A stretch of DNA of 64,000 bases from an uncultured delta proteobacterium (GCA_963815115.1 CAWFFN010000007.1:1120001-1184000), one strand, 5' to 3'. Positions 19,849 through 30,293 are shown, counted from the first letter of the stretch. Numbers and translations are program-made. The notes: a model not told the origin generated them from the sequence alone.

Positions 19849-21266
19849 AGCACCTGGCGTCGCCGGCACGCACGTGCCGGCGACGCCGCCTCTCGACTCC
19901 GACCGCTGCCACCCTCCTCTGCTGCCTGGCGGTCCCGGGCTTTGCATCCGAGAAGGCCGCAGCGTCCTGCTCTGCTCCCGGAACCGGCTGGTGCGTGGCG
20001 CGGCGCTTTCCCGGGAGCATCCGGGGCGGTGAGCTCGGTTTCCGCTTCGGCGAGCCGCTCGACGTCGACGGCGACGGCCACGCGGACGTCGCCGCCGGCG
20101 CCCGCTTCAAGCTGCAGCACGGGACGCAGCAGAACGGCGACGCCACCATCTGGTCGGGGGCGAGCGGTGCCGTGATCCGCTCGTGGGACGGCGAGTGGGG
20201 GGATGGGCTCTTCGGGCACTGGGTGATGCTGGTGCCGGACCTCTCGGGCGATGGGCTCGCCGACGTCGTGATCGCGGCGCCCCACGCACCGGTCGGCGGA
20301 CTCGCGCGCGGCATCGTGGTGGCGCGCTCCCCCAAGACCGGCGAGGAGCTCTGGAAGCGCGCCGAGACCGAGAGCGAGAACCTTGGGTGGGACCTGATGC
20401 TGGCCGGGGACTACGACGGCGACGGGCGTACCGATCTCTTCGTCGGCGCCCCCGCGGAGAAGACGGGTCGGGTCTATCTCCTGAGCGGCAAGGATGGCAG
20501 CGTCCTGCGGACGTACGCGCCCGGAGAGGAAGGCGGATCCTTCGGGTGGTACGTCGCCCGGCTCGACGATCTCGACGGCGACGGGCACGCCGACCTGGCG
20601 GTCGGAGGACCGTCGGCGGCAAACACCGACGGGGCGCGCGTCGGCGGCGCCTGGGTCATCTCGTCGGCGACCGGCAAGGAGCTCTATCACTGGAAGGGAA
20701 CGGATCCCCGCGGAGGCTTCGGCGGCGTCGTCGCGTCGGTCGGTGATCTCGACGGCGACGGCAAGGGCGAGATCGCGGTGTCGGCGCCGGCGACCGAGGA
20801 CCAGGCGCGGACGCTCACGGGAGAGCTTCGCATCTATTCCGGGGCCACCGGGAAGGAGCTCCGGCACTGGTCGGGGAGTCAGCCGGGCGAGCTCTTCGGA
20901 CGGATGATCGTCGCCACGGGAGACCTGGACGGCGACGGCGTCGAGGACATCGCCATCGGCGCGCCCGCGCACCGCCGCGGAGATGCCGACCGGGTGGGTC
21001 GCGTCGAGATCCGCTCGGGGCGCAGCGGCGCGGTCCTGGGCGAGCTCTTCGGCGACGAGGCGGACTGCTGGTTCGGATGGCACATCCGCCGCGCGCCCGA
21101 TCCCGACGGGCATGGCCGCCCGGCATTGCTGATCGACTCGCTCCGCCATCCGGTCGACGGCAAGGCGGGCGTCGGCGTGCTGGACCTCTACGTGCTGCGC
21201 GGCGCGAAGGGCTCAGGCGGTCACGGGACGACCACCCGTGGCACGCGGCGCAGCGACATCAGGTAG
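19845..21266 (+). CDS. FG-GAP (integrin alpha-like) repeat protein
   Basis: Repeated DxDGDGxxDxxVGAP and FG motifs; GTGA overlap with the upstream gene. Confidence 0.88.
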   Translation: MKHLASPARTCRRRRLSTPTAATLLCCLAVPGFASEKAAASCSAPGTGWCVARRFPGSIRGGELGFRFGEPLDVDGDGHADVAAGARFKLQHGTQQNGDATIWSGASGAVIRSWDGEWGDGLFGHWVMLVPDLSGDGLADVVIAAPHAPVGGLARGIVVARSPKTGEELWKRAETESENLGWDLMLAGDYDGDGRTDLFVGAPAEKTGRVYLLSGKDGSVLRTYAPGEEGGSFGWYVARLDDLDGDGHADLAVGGPSAANTDGARVGGAWVISSATGKELYHWKGTDPRGGFGGVVASVGDLDGDGKGEIAVSAPATEDQARTLTGELRIYSGATGKELRHWSGSQPGELFGRMIVATGDLDGDGVEDIAIGAPAHRRGDADRVGRVEIRSGRSGAVLGELFGDEADCWFGWHIRRAPDPDGHGRPALLIDSLRHPVDGKAGVGVLDLYVLRGAKGSGGHGTTTRGTRRSDIR

Positions 21267-22768
21267 ACGCGGATCCGCCCCCGGTCTTCCAGGGAGAGCG
21301 CCTCGAACGCCGCGCGCGCGGCGGCGCCCTCGCCGTCGTGACCGGCGATCGCATAGTCGAAGCTCGGGGCACGGCCGTCGTGCAGGTAGGGCGCCGAGTC
21401 GGCCACTCCCCACAGCCGCGGCGTCAAGTACTCCTGGAGGCCGACCCCCCGCTGGACGTGCCGGGCGGCATTGGCCTTCCCCATGTCGTGGCGCTTGAGG
21501 TCGCTGAACAGCCACACCGGATAGCCGCCGAGGCTGGCATCGTAGCGCAAGCCCGGCTGTCGCATCTGCTGCGACAGGTCGATCGGCGGCAGCCCGTCGA
21601 CGACGAGCATCGGGCTCTCCAGGACCATCATCGGCGTGTGACAGCCCGCGCAGCCGAGCTCGTGAAACTGACGGCGGCCGCGCTGGAAGTCGTACGCGAA
21701 GCTCGTCGTCGTCGGGGGAGCCAGCGCCTGGGCGGGTGCGGCGAGCTGGCGATCCTGGATCAAGGGCTCGACGGCGGGCAGCTCGAGCAGCGCCAGATGG
21801 GCCGTCATGGCCGCGAACGGTCCGCGTCCGAGCTCTTCCCGGATGCCGTCGCCGTCCGGATCCGTGGCATCGCTCCCGTTGCCGACGACCTCGTGCGAGG
21901 CGCTCGCGAGCAGGACGTCGCTCTGGATGCCGATGTGGATCTGGAGCGCTTCGGCGGCGAAGTCCGTGAAGCTGGCGAGCGTTCCCTTCCAGCCGAACGG
22001 CTTCACCACGAGGTCCGCGTCGACTCCGCGAATGCCCGACGCATCGATCTCGCCCTTGGAGGTGGCGCGGAGCACGCCGAAGTCGGCGCCCTTGCTGGTC
22101 AATCGGGTCTCGCGATCGGCCCCGGCGTGCGCGGCGTCATGGAGGAGGTCGGCGCGTTCCTTCTGGAGGTCGGCGGTCATCTCGCGCGCCAGCGCCTGGA
22201 CGACGCCGAGCCCCACCAGGGCCGGCGGGTTGCGCTCGTCGCCGCTCGACGTGAGCTGGCCGTCGCCGTCGAGGAACGCGTTGTCGGTTTCCGCGCCGGC
22301 GCCGTTGGGGCCGCCGAGCCAGTGGCACGAGGGACAGGAGATGGTCTCCGGGCCGCCGAAGAGTCCGCCATGCACGCGACGAAACGGCCCGGCCGGTGCC
22401 CTGGCCGACTCGCCGCCGCCGAGACCGTCGGCAAAGTCGAACTCGTGCTCGAAGAGGAGCTGCCCGAGATCCGCGAGCTCCGCCAGACAGACCTGCCCGG
22501 TCGCCACCCGCTGCGGATCGAGCTCGGCGTGCATCGCGCGCATGAAGGAACCCGGGTCGGCCGCCTCCCGGATGCGCAGCTCGTGCCGGCGTGCGGCCAG
22601 ACGCTGCGCCTCGCGCGCCGCTTCCAGGCTGAGCGGCTCGGGGCGCGCCGTCGAAGGGCAATCGGCTCGCCACGTCGCGACGTCCTTGCCCGTCGAGCTC
22701 CTGCATGCGGCGATCGAGAGGGTCAGGCCCAGCAAAGCCGCCGCGTGCATCACGGCTCGGGACGTCAT
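21221..22768 (-). CDS. Di-haem oxidoreductase (DHOR/DUF1111) family lipoprotein
   Basis: Lipobox-like SIAAC, CPSCH, RNPPALVGLG, PFGWKG, CAGCH, SDLKRHDMG, TPRLWG and YLHDGRA. Confidence 0.87.
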   Translation of the reverse strand: MTSRAVMHAAALLGLTLSIAACRSSTGKDVATWRADCPSTARPEPLSLEAAREAQRLAARRHELRIREAADPGSFMRAMHAELDPQRVATGQVCLAELADLGQLLFEHEFDFADGLGGGESARAPAGPFRRVHGGLFGGPETISCPSCHWLGGPNGAGAETDNAFLDGDGQLTSSGDERNPPALVGLGVVQALAREMTADLQKERADLLHDAAHAGADRETRLTSKGADFGVLRATSKGEIDASGIRGVDADLVVKPFGWKGTLASFTDFAAEALQIHIGIQSDVLLASASHEVVGNGSDATDPDGDGIREELGRGPFAAMTAHLALLELPAVEPLIQDRQLAAPAQALAPPTTTSFAYDFQRGRRQFHELGCAGCHTPMMVLESPMLVVDGLPPIDLSQQMRQPGLRYDASLGGYPVWLFSDLKRHDMGKANAARHVQRGVGLQEYLTPRLWGVADSAPYLHDGRAPSFDYAIAGHDGEGAAARAAFEALSLEDRGRIRVYLMSLRRVPRVVVP

Positions 22769-24363
22769 GGCACGAAGAGCTTCGGCTCGCGCGAGAGCGA
22801 CGCGAGGAACACGCGGACGCTGGCCCGCCCCTTCGCGTCGAGCGCGAGGTAGGCGTCTCGTGCTGCGGTCGCCTCGCCGCCGTGCAGCACGATGGCGTCG
22901 TGCACCGTCGGGGCGCGACCGTCGTGCAGGTACGGCGCCGTGTCGGCGAGCCCCCAGAGTGGCCGGGTGAGAAAGACCCGCGCGGGAATCGTCCCCTGCG
23001 GCGAAGGCGTCGCCAGGCCGTCCCCCATGTCGTGGCGCTTCAGGTCGCTGAACAGGTGCACCAGGTAGGGCGTCTTGGCGCCCGCGTACCTGGGCTCGAT
23101 CTTGGGACCATCGCCGTCCTTGGCGACGTCGATGATGAATGCGGGGCGATTCGGGTCCGGGTCCTGCCGCGCGTCGAGCTTCGGGTCCTGGAGCTCCAGG
23201 GTGGGAACGTGACACCCCGCGCATCCGATCTCCTCGAAGCGCGCTCGCCCCGCGGCCCACGCATCGACCAGCCCGGGATCGCTCGGCGGGCGCATGGTGG
23301 GCGCCTCGAGCTGCGCCAGATACCCCACGACGGTCGTCAGCATGCCGTCGTGGATCTCGAGCGAGACGCCGTCGTCGTCCACGTCGTACCACGGCCCCTT
23401 CCCGTACGGACCCGCCGCGAGCGTGCCGTCGCGGACCGCGAACTGGATGCGGGTGGAGAGCAAGCCCTGATGGATGTGGAGCGACTCCTCGGCGATGTCA
23501 CGAAGGGTGGCCAGATGACCCTTCCAGCCGAATGGACGAACCGTCAGGTCGGGGTCGACACCTTCGACGGCACCGGAGTCCAGCGTACCGTCGGGCTCGG
23601 CCGCGATGCGGCCGAACGAGACGCTCTTGGAGGTCAGGGCCTGCTCGACCCGGTGCCCTTCCGCCGTCGCCCGCTCGCGCGCGGCATCCGCCTGGGCATG
23701 CAGCTCGGCACTCATCTCGCGCGCCAGACAGGCGATCGGACCGAGACCGAGCACCTGAGGCGGATTGCGCTGATCCGCCCCCCCGGTCCGCTCGCCGTCG
23801 CCGCGCATGAACGCGTTCTGCGTCTGGGTGCCGGCCCCGTCGGGTCCGCCCTTCGAGTGACAGCTGAAGCATCCGAACGCGTCCGGCCCCCCGGCGGCTC
23901 CCAGGTGGATGCGACGCAAGCGGGGCGTGTAGTCGCTGGCCTTGCGGTCCATCGCGCCCCCGCTGCCCCAGCCGTTCTCCGGACGAAACGGATATCCGAA
24001 CAGCTCGTCGCCCACGATGAAGAGGCTGTCGATGCCCAGCACGCGGCGGTCGAGGGCCACCTCCGAGAGCGTGGCGTGCTCGACCAGCTCCCCCGGGTCG
24101 CGCGCATCGAGCATCCGGTCGAAGTCCTCGCGGCGGCGGAGATCGACGGCGTGCTCGAGCTGCTCGAGCAGGACCGTGTCGTCGGGGATGCTCTCGTCGG
24201 AAGCCGTCAGCGCCATGGGACTCGCCTTCGGCTCGGCGCCACCGACCTCCGGGGCGCGGAGCGCGAGCCAGCCACCGCCCAGGGCGATCGCAGCAACGGC
24301 CGACGCGGCGACGCGGAGCCAGGTCCGTCGCGGGCCGGACCGAGGGTCAGCGGCCTTCGGCAC
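22765..24363 (-). CDS. Di-haem oxidoreductase (DHOR/DUF1111) family protein
   Basis: CFSCH, RNPPQVLGLG, PFGWKG, CAGCH, SDLKRHDMG and YLHDGRA; ATGA-coupled to its paralog. Confidence 0.87.
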   Translation of the reverse strand: MPKAADPRSGPRRTWLRVAASAVAAIALGGGWLALRAPEVGGAEPKASPMALTASDESIPDDTVLLEQLEHAVDLRRREDFDRMLDARDPGELVEHATLSEVALDRRVLGIDSLFIVGDELFGYPFRPENGWGSGGAMDRKASDYTPRLRRIHLGAAGGPDAFGCFSCHSKGGPDGAGTQTQNAFMRGDGERTGGADQRNPPQVLGLGPIACLAREMSAELHAQADAARERATAEGHRVEQALTSKSVSFGRIAAEPDGTLDSGAVEGVDPDLTVRPFGWKGHLATLRDIAEESLHIHQGLLSTRIQFAVRDGTLAAGPYGKGPWYDVDDDGVSLEIHDGMLTTVVGYLAQLEAPTMRPPSDPGLVDAWAAGRARFEEIGCAGCHVPTLELQDPKLDARQDPDPNRPAFIIDVAKDGDGPKIEPRYAGAKTPYLVHLFSDLKRHDMGDGLATPSPQGTIPARVFLTRPLWGLADTAPYLHDGRAPTVHDAIVLHGGEATAARDAYLALDAKGRASVRVFLASLSREPKLFVP

Positions 24364-24716
24364 AGGGCAACCCTTGGCCGTCCTACTCGGAAGTCGGGGC
24401 GAAGGAGTGGAAATTGCGCATCGTCGTTTCCTCCTCTGGGCCGGCGTGGGTTGAGGAAGAAACTATTCCACACCTCGTTTCGAAGCGACCACCAGGGTCG
24501 GGCCTGGCCCGGGGACCCGGTACCGGTGGACGCATTTGCCTCGAGAGCCCACCCCGGCCGGACCGCCTCGGGACCCTCCGCCGTCGAGGTAGCGGCTCGC
24601 TACCCCGAAAGTAGCAGCATGGAAGCGAGGTCGCGCGTGCGAAGACGCGGGAACAGGCCGGCAACCCCACCATCCGGGGGAGCCCGGGCTCGTGGCTCCG
24701 CCACGAGCCCGGGTTC

Positions 24717-26735
24717 GTGTCCGAGACGAGGACGATGAGAGAGGCGCTCATGGCGGCGGGCGTCCCTGCGAACCCGCCTGGTGCAGTCGTCGGCGAGCCT
24801 ACGGGCCGGGCCTTCATGGAGGCCGGAACCAGGTACGCCAAGAGCGGCGACGTTCACATCGCGTACCGCGTCTTCGGCAACGGCCCGCGTGACGTCATAC
24901 TCGTGCCGGGCACCGTGTCGCACGTGGAGCTCTACTGGGAGCTGCCCGCCAACGAGTATCTGCTGAGACGACTCGCCTCGTTCGCGCGGGTGATCGTCTT
25001 CGACAAGCGCGGCCAGGGGCTCTCGGATCGCACCGCCGATCAGACGCTCGAGGAACGCGTCGGCGACGTGCTGGCGGTGATGGATGCCGCCGGATTGAAT
25101 CGGGCGACGGTCTACGGATGGTCGGAAGGCGGCCAGCTGTCCCTGATGCTCGCCGCCACCCATCCGGAGCGGGTCTCCCGCCTCGTCCTGTATGGCACCT
25201 ACGCCTCGATCCAGGCGGCACCCTGGGCCGTGAGTCGCGAGCAGTTCGAGCGATTCCTTGCGACGCTCGCAGCCCGCTGGGGTGAAGGCGTTCTCGTCCG
25301 TCTCAATGCGCCGCGCCGTGTCGAGGACAAGGCGTTCGTGCGATGGTTCGGGCGACTCGAGCGTGCCGTGGCGAGTCCGGGTGCGATCCTCGACCTGATG
25401 AGGACGAACTACGAGATCGACGTCGGCCATCTGCTGCCTTCGATCCGGGTGCCGACGCTGGTCCTGCATCGCGAGGGCGATGCGCTCGTTCCGGTCGAGG
25501 CCGGACGGCACCTGGCGCGTCGCATCCCTCGAGCCAGGTACGTCGAGCTGCCTGGTGACGACCACATGCTCCAGGCCCTGGATCAGGACGTGCTGGACCT
25601 CCTCCTCGACCGGATCGACGAATTCGTTACCGGCCGGCGAGGTCGCCCGGATCCGGACCGGACTCTCGCCACCAGAGCATTCACCGCCATGGTCGGCTCG
25701 GCGAATCACGTCCCGTCGGCGACGGCCGACTCTCGATGCGGAGGCCCGGGCGACGCGATCGCGGAGCTCGAGCGTTGCCGTGAGATCCTCGCGTCCGGCG
25801 ACGACGGACGCGCGCTTGCCGGGCTGGTCGCGCGAGCCGAAGCGGTCGTCGCCGCGGCACGAGGGTCCTGGAGAGAGTCCGAAGCGCAGTTCATCAAGGC
25901 CGCCGATATCTTCCGCCGCCATGGCATGGTGTGGCAGGAGGCGCAGACGTTTCAGAGCTGGGGCCACGCGTTGCAGGCCGGCCTCGATCGACGCGCGGCG
26001 ATCGAGAAGCTCGACACGGCAATCGAGGTCTATCGCCGGCGGGGCGCGGACCAGAGCTGGATCGAGGGCGCCGACGGTGACTTCGGCCGCAGCAACGGCA
26101 GCGCCGATGGTGCATCCGGACCACGGACCCGGGATCGGCAGGCTCCCGCATCGCCCCGAGCCGTGTTCCGGCGAGAAGGCGACTACTGGACGGTGTCATG
26201 GCGAGGCCAGGTGGTCCGCCTCAAGGACGCCAAGGGCCTGCACTACATCACTTACCTCCTGGCCAATCCTGGCCGCCAGGTCCTCGCCTGGGAGCTCGCC
26301 GCCGCTGTCACGACACCCCGCCGCCACCCTGCATCGATCGATCCGGACGCCACAGCCTCGAACCTCGGCGACGCCGGCGCGCTGCTCGATGCCCGGGCCC
26401 GAGAGCAATACCGCCGCCGGATCGACGAGCTGCGCGAGGAGCTCGCAGAAGCCGTGCAGCGCAACGACACCTGGCGGGCAGCGCGCCTGCGCTTCGAGCT
26501 GGAGTCCCTTTGCGATCAGGTCGTCGCCGCGGTCGGACTGGGCGGGCGAAACCGGAAGGCCGCTTCGCACACCGAACGGGCGCGCCTGATGGTGACGAAG
26601 GCGATCAAGGCCGCGATTGCGAGACTTCGTGCCAGCGACGCTTCGCTGGGCCGCCATCTCGCGACGTCCATCAAGACCGGCAACTGCTGCGCCTACGATC
26701 CCGGCCCGCAACCTGCCATCTGCTGGCAGCTGTAG
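24717..26735 (+). CDS. Alpha/beta hydrolase fused to a TPR/regulator-type C-terminal module
   Basis: TRYAKSGDVHIAY, FDKRGQGLSDR, GWSEGG and GDDH, then FRREGDYWTV...LGDAGALLD...ERARLMVTKAI...TGNCCAYDP. Confidence 0.8.
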   Translation: MSETRTMREALMAAGVPANPPGAVVGEPTGRAFMEAGTRYAKSGDVHIAYRVFGNGPRDVILVPGTVSHVELYWELPANEYLLRRLASFARVIVFDKRGQGLSDRTADQTLEERVGDVLAVMDAAGLNRATVYGWSEGGQLSLMLAATHPERVSRLVLYGTYASIQAAPWAVSREQFERFLATLAARWGEGVLVRLNAPRRVEDKAFVRWFGRLERAVASPGAILDLMRTNYEIDVGHLLPSIRVPTLVLHREGDALVPVEAGRHLARRIPRARYVELPGDDHMLQALDQDVLDLLLDRIDEFVTGRRGRPDPDRTLATRAFTAMVGSANHVPSATADSRCGGPGDAIAELERCREILASGDDGRALAGLVARAEAVVAAARGSWRESEAQFIKAADIFRRHGMVWQEAQTFQSWGHALQAGLDRRAAIEKLDTAIEVYRRRGADQSWIEGADGDFGRSNGSADGASGPRTRDRQAPASPRAVFRREGDYWTVSWRGQVVRLKDAKGLHYITYLLANPGRQVLAWELAAAVTTPRRHPASIDPDATASNLGDAGALLDARAREQYRRRIDELREELAEAVQRNDTWRAARLRFELESLCDQVVAAVGLGGRNRKAASHTERARLMVTKAIKAAIARLRASDASLGRHLATSIKTGNCCAYDPGPQPAICWQL

Positions 26736-26934
26736 GTCCCGGCGCGGAAGTCGATTCGCGCGGCCGCCGCGATTCGTGCCGGACGCCGGCACGTCGTGCC
26801 CCGAGTCGTCACGCCTCACTGTCGGGAACGATTCACTTCAACGGGGACGAGGACCCGACGGGCCTTCGTCCGAGACTCTCGCCGGAACGGGCTTCCGTTC
26901 GCCTGTGTGAGAGCGCGTACAGGAGGAAGCCGTA

Positions 26935-27507
26935 ATGCAGAAGGTAGCAGCACTGACTCTGTTGGCCGGGTGCATGATTCTAGCCGGCGCGACGCACGTA
27001 CGTGCGCACGGATGCTCGCCGAGCGTCGCTCAAGTCGTGGCATTGGACGAGTGCGATCCGGACTCGTTCAACGCGGAGGTCAAGGACGGAGGGCTGGGAC
27101 CAGGAGGGACTGGCTTCTGTCACAACGTCGCGCTGCCTTCGTTCGGCTATGCGACCACGCTGTCCGATCTGGTCATGAAGGCCATGAATGGGACGCCCGA
27201 TCCGGGCTGGGACTTCGAGCCCGACCAGCTGACGATCCAGAAGGGGACAACGGTGTCCGTGGCCGACCAGGGCGGCGAGCCCCACACCTTCACGGAGGTG
27301 GCGCAGTTCGGCGGGGGATTCCTCGATGTCCTCAACCACGGCGAGGCCACGGTTCCGGAGTGCGCCGGCGGCTTCCACAACCTCGCGGTGGCCAGGACGC
27401 GCATCGTCCAGGGTGGCCGGCTCGATGTCCCCGACCTTCCGAAGGGCAAGCATCTCTTCCAGTGCTGCATCCACCCCTGGATGCGCATGGAAATAGACGT
27501 GAAGTGA
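26935..27507 (+). CDS. Secreted cupredoxin (type-1 copper) protein
   Basis: Signal peptide, GEPHTFT and CCIHPWM ligand loop. Confidence 0.85.
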   Translation: MQKVAALTLLAGCMILAGATHVRAHGCSPSVAQVVALDECDPDSFNAEVKDGGLGPGGTGFCHNVALPSFGYATTLSDLVMKAMNGTPDPGWDFEPDQLTIQKGTTVSVADQGGEPHTFTEVAQFGGGFLDVLNHGEATVPECAGGFHNLAVARTRIVQGGRLDVPDLPKGKHLFQCCIHPWMRMEIDVK

Positions 27508-27689
27508 TCCGAGCGACGCACACGAGCTCGAGACCCGCCCACCCACGACCCCCCTTGGCCGCAACCCTGAACCCGATCCTTCGCGGCCGAAGACGCGCCC
27601 TCCTCTGCGCGAGCTTCGCCGTGAAGGATCGGTCACCACGCGCTCGCGGCCGTGGCGCCGGCGGCCGGCCCTCGACTGCTGCGGGGCAA

Positions 27690-28030
27690 CTAGCGCTTGA
27701 GGAATTTCAGGATCGCGTTCTGCTCTGCAGACGACAAGGCAAAGAACGCTTCGCGCACTTCGAGCGCCTGGCCTTCATGCGCACCGATGGCCTCCACCAC
27801 CGTGCGTGCCCGTCCGTCGTGGAGATACGGGTGGCTGCCTCGTACGAGCCACAGCGGCGGGGTGCGGAACTCGTTGCCCTGGGCGTCGCCTTGCACGATG
27901 CCATCGCCCGTCCCGATGTCGTGCAGCAAGAGGTCGGAGTAGAGATCGACGCTCTTCCCGTCGATGGCGGGGTTCGAGCTCGCGGAGGTGTATCCCGTGT
28001 AAGCTCGACAGGCCGACGCGCTCGGCGAAC
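27690..28030 (-). pseudogene. C-terminal remnant of a DHOR-family gene
   Basis: LYSDLLLHDIG..FRTPPLW..YLHDGRA is present. The haem motif has decayed (VGLSSLH in another frame) and there is no N-terminal half. Confidence 0.75.
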
Positions 28031-28114
28031 ATCCACGGGCTCGAGGGGCCGAGCACGAAGTGTATTGCGGCCTCATGGCGCTGCTGACACCATCGCCGGC
28101 TGAAGGAGGTCACC

Positions 28115-28288
28115 ATGCCCGAGGCGCGGAGCTTCATCTGGTACGATGTGGATTCCGCGCACAGACGCGTGAAAGATGCCGGCGGCGAGGTGCTCGTGGG
28201 ACCGAGCGAGGTTCCGGGCGGTCGATGGATCATCCAGGCGACCGATCCCCACGGTGCCATGTTCGCGCTCGTGGGCCCGCGCGCATGA
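28115..28288 (+). pseudogene. VOC/glyoxalase gene with an in-frame internal deletion (57 aa)
   Basis: AAGGAGG RBS; MPEARSFIWYD is joined directly to VDSAHRRVKDAGGEVLVGPSEVPGGRWIIQATDPHGAMFALV. Confidence 0.7.
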
Positions 28289-28301
28289 ACGGAGAGAGAC
28301 G

Positions 28302-28778
28302 ATGCCCGACAAGATAGCCCCCTGCCTGTGGTTCGACGGCCAGGCCGAGCAGGCTGCCAATTTCTACGCCTCATTGCTGCCGGACTCGCATGTCGATGCC
28401 GTCCATCGCGCGCCCGCCGACTATCCGAGCGGCAGGAAGGGCGACGTGCTGACGATCGAGTTCACACTCGCAGGGCGGAAGTTCATCGGCCTGAACGGCG
28501 GCCCGCACTTCACCTTCAACGAGGCGGTCTCGTTTCAGATCCATTGCGAGGATCAGGGAGAGGTCGACCGGCTGACCGCGGCGCTCTCCGCGGTTCCGGA
28601 GGCCGAGCAGTGCGGCTGGGTGAAGGACAAGTTCGGCCTGTCCTGGCAGATCGTGCCCAAGCGCCTGCTCGCGCTGATGACCGATCCCGACGCCTCCAAG
28701 GCGCAGCGCGCCATGCAGGCGATGCTGACCATGAAGCGGATCGACATCGCCGCGGTCGAGCGCGCGGCGGAGGGCTGA
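28302..28778 (+). CDS. VOC family PhnB / 3-demethylubiquinone-9 3-methyltransferase-like protein
   Basis: KIAPCLWFDGQAEQAANFY...LNGGP...FNEAVSF...CGWVKDKFGLSWQIVP. Confidence 0.92.
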   Translation: MPDKIAPCLWFDGQAEQAANFYASLLPDSHVDAVHRAPADYPSGRKGDVLTIEFTLAGRKFIGLNGGPHFTFNEAVSFQIHCEDQGEVDRLTAALSAVPEAEQCGWVKDKFGLSWQIVPKRLLALMTDPDASKAQRAMQAMLTMKRIDIAAVERAAEG

Positions 28779-28875
28779 TCCGGTCGGGCGCCGATCGACC
28801 CGCGCCAGGCGATCCGGTTCTCCGCGAGACGCATTTCCCTGGACCAGACGCACGCCTCCGAGTAGACGTCCCGCC

Positions 28876-30240
28876 GTGATGCTCCTCCGCCGCCCGGGGA
28901 TGAAGGCCCTCCTGGGGGCTCTCCTGGTCGCGCTGGCGTCCGCGGACGTCAGCGCGACATCGACAGAGCTCCGCGACGGGCGGGGCATCCACGTCGAGAC
29001 GACACGGCAGCTCGACCCGCGCCAGCTGGACGTGCGCGTCAGCACGAACGCACTCCAGCGTTCCGTCGACGTCCGGGTACTCTTGCCGAGCCACTACGAC
29101 GCCGCGCTCGATCATCGATACCCGGTCCTCTACCTCTTCCACGGCACCAGCGGCCGGGCATCCGACTGGGTGAACTTTGGCCGGGCCGCCGAAACCACCG
29201 CCGACCTGCCGCTCATCGTCGTGATGCCCGACGCCGGATTCGACGGCGACGGCGGCGGCTGGTTCGCGAACTGGTTCAACGGCGGCGCCGGCGGCCCGCC
29301 GATGTGGGAGACGTTTCACATCGAGCAGCTGGTGCCGTGGATCGACGACAACCTGCGCACCGTCGCGACGCGCTCGGGCCGCGCGGTGGCGGGGCTCTCG
29401 CAGGGCGGATTCGGCTCACTCAGCTACGCCGCGCGCCACCCCGACATGTTCACGTCGGTCGCGGCCTTCTCCGGCGGCTGCGTGATCGACGGCGATCCCG
29501 AGGCGATCGCGATCGCGACGGCCATCATCCAGTTCACCACGACCGGGCTGAGCGGCGTCGCCGACCCGGACGCGATCTTCGGCCCGCGAGACACCCAGGA
29601 GCTCAACTGGCAGTCGCACGACCCGGGAACGCTCGTGACGAATCTCCGCGGGATGCAGATCGAGCTCTGGACCGGGGACGGCAACCCGGGCCCTCTCGAC
29701 CCCGGGCCCGTCGACCCCGCCGCGCGCTCGATCGAGGCGATCACGTTCGGCGCGACGCAGCGCTTCGACCGCTATCTGACCGGAGCCGGCATCCCGCACG
29801 GCTACCACTACTACGGCCCCGGCACGCACACGTTCGGCTACTGGGCGCGCGACCTCGAGGAATATGTCGGCCCGCTCATGCGTCGCTTCCGCAGGCACGG
29901 TGCGCGGCCGCGGTCGATCAGCTTCCTCTCGACCGACGACCGCTGGCAGCGGTGGGGCTGGAAAGTCACGTTGCGACGCCCGGAGCCCGGCTTCGCGCAG
30001 CTGCGTCACGCAGGGAGGAGCGGATTCGTCCTCACCGGCGCCGGGCGCGCGACGGTGCAGACGGCCGCCCTCTACCGGCCTGGCGCGAGGGTCCGCATCA
30101 CGGAGCGCAGCGGCGCAACCGTATCGAACCGACGGGCGACCGTCGGATCCAGCGCACGCCTGCGAGTCCCCGTGCTGCTCAGCTCGGGCACGACGCCCGG
30201 GACGACGCGCGTCGCGATCCGCCAGATCGCCGGGCCGTGA
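28876..30240 (+). CDS. Secreted esterase (antigen-85-like alpha/beta hydrolase) with a C-terminal beta domain
   Basis: YPVLYLFHG, WETFHIEQL, GLSQGG nucleophile motif and GTHTFGYW. Confidence 0.85.
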   Translation: MMLLRRPGMKALLGALLVALASADVSATSTELRDGRGIHVETTRQLDPRQLDVRVSTNALQRSVDVRVLLPSHYDAALDHRYPVLYLFHGTSGRASDWVNFGRAAETTADLPLIVVMPDAGFDGDGGGWFANWFNGGAGGPPMWETFHIEQLVPWIDDNLRTVATRSGRAVAGLSQGGFGSLSYAARHPDMFTSVAAFSGGCVIDGDPEAIAIATAIIQFTTTGLSGVADPDAIFGPRDTQELNWQSHDPGTLVTNLRGMQIELWTGDGNPGPLDPGPVDPAARSIEAITFGATQRFDRYLTGAGIPHGYHYYGPGTHTFGYWARDLEEYVGPLMRRFRRHGARPRSISFLSTDDRWQRWGWKVTLRRPEPGFAQLRHAGRSGFVLTGAGRATVQTAALYRPGARVRITERSGATVSNRRATVGSSARLRVPVLLSSGTTPGTTRVAIRQIAGP

Positions 30241-30293
30241 CCGGCCTTCCCCATGCAGCCACCTGCCGGCGCACGTACTCCGTCGTGGCCAGT

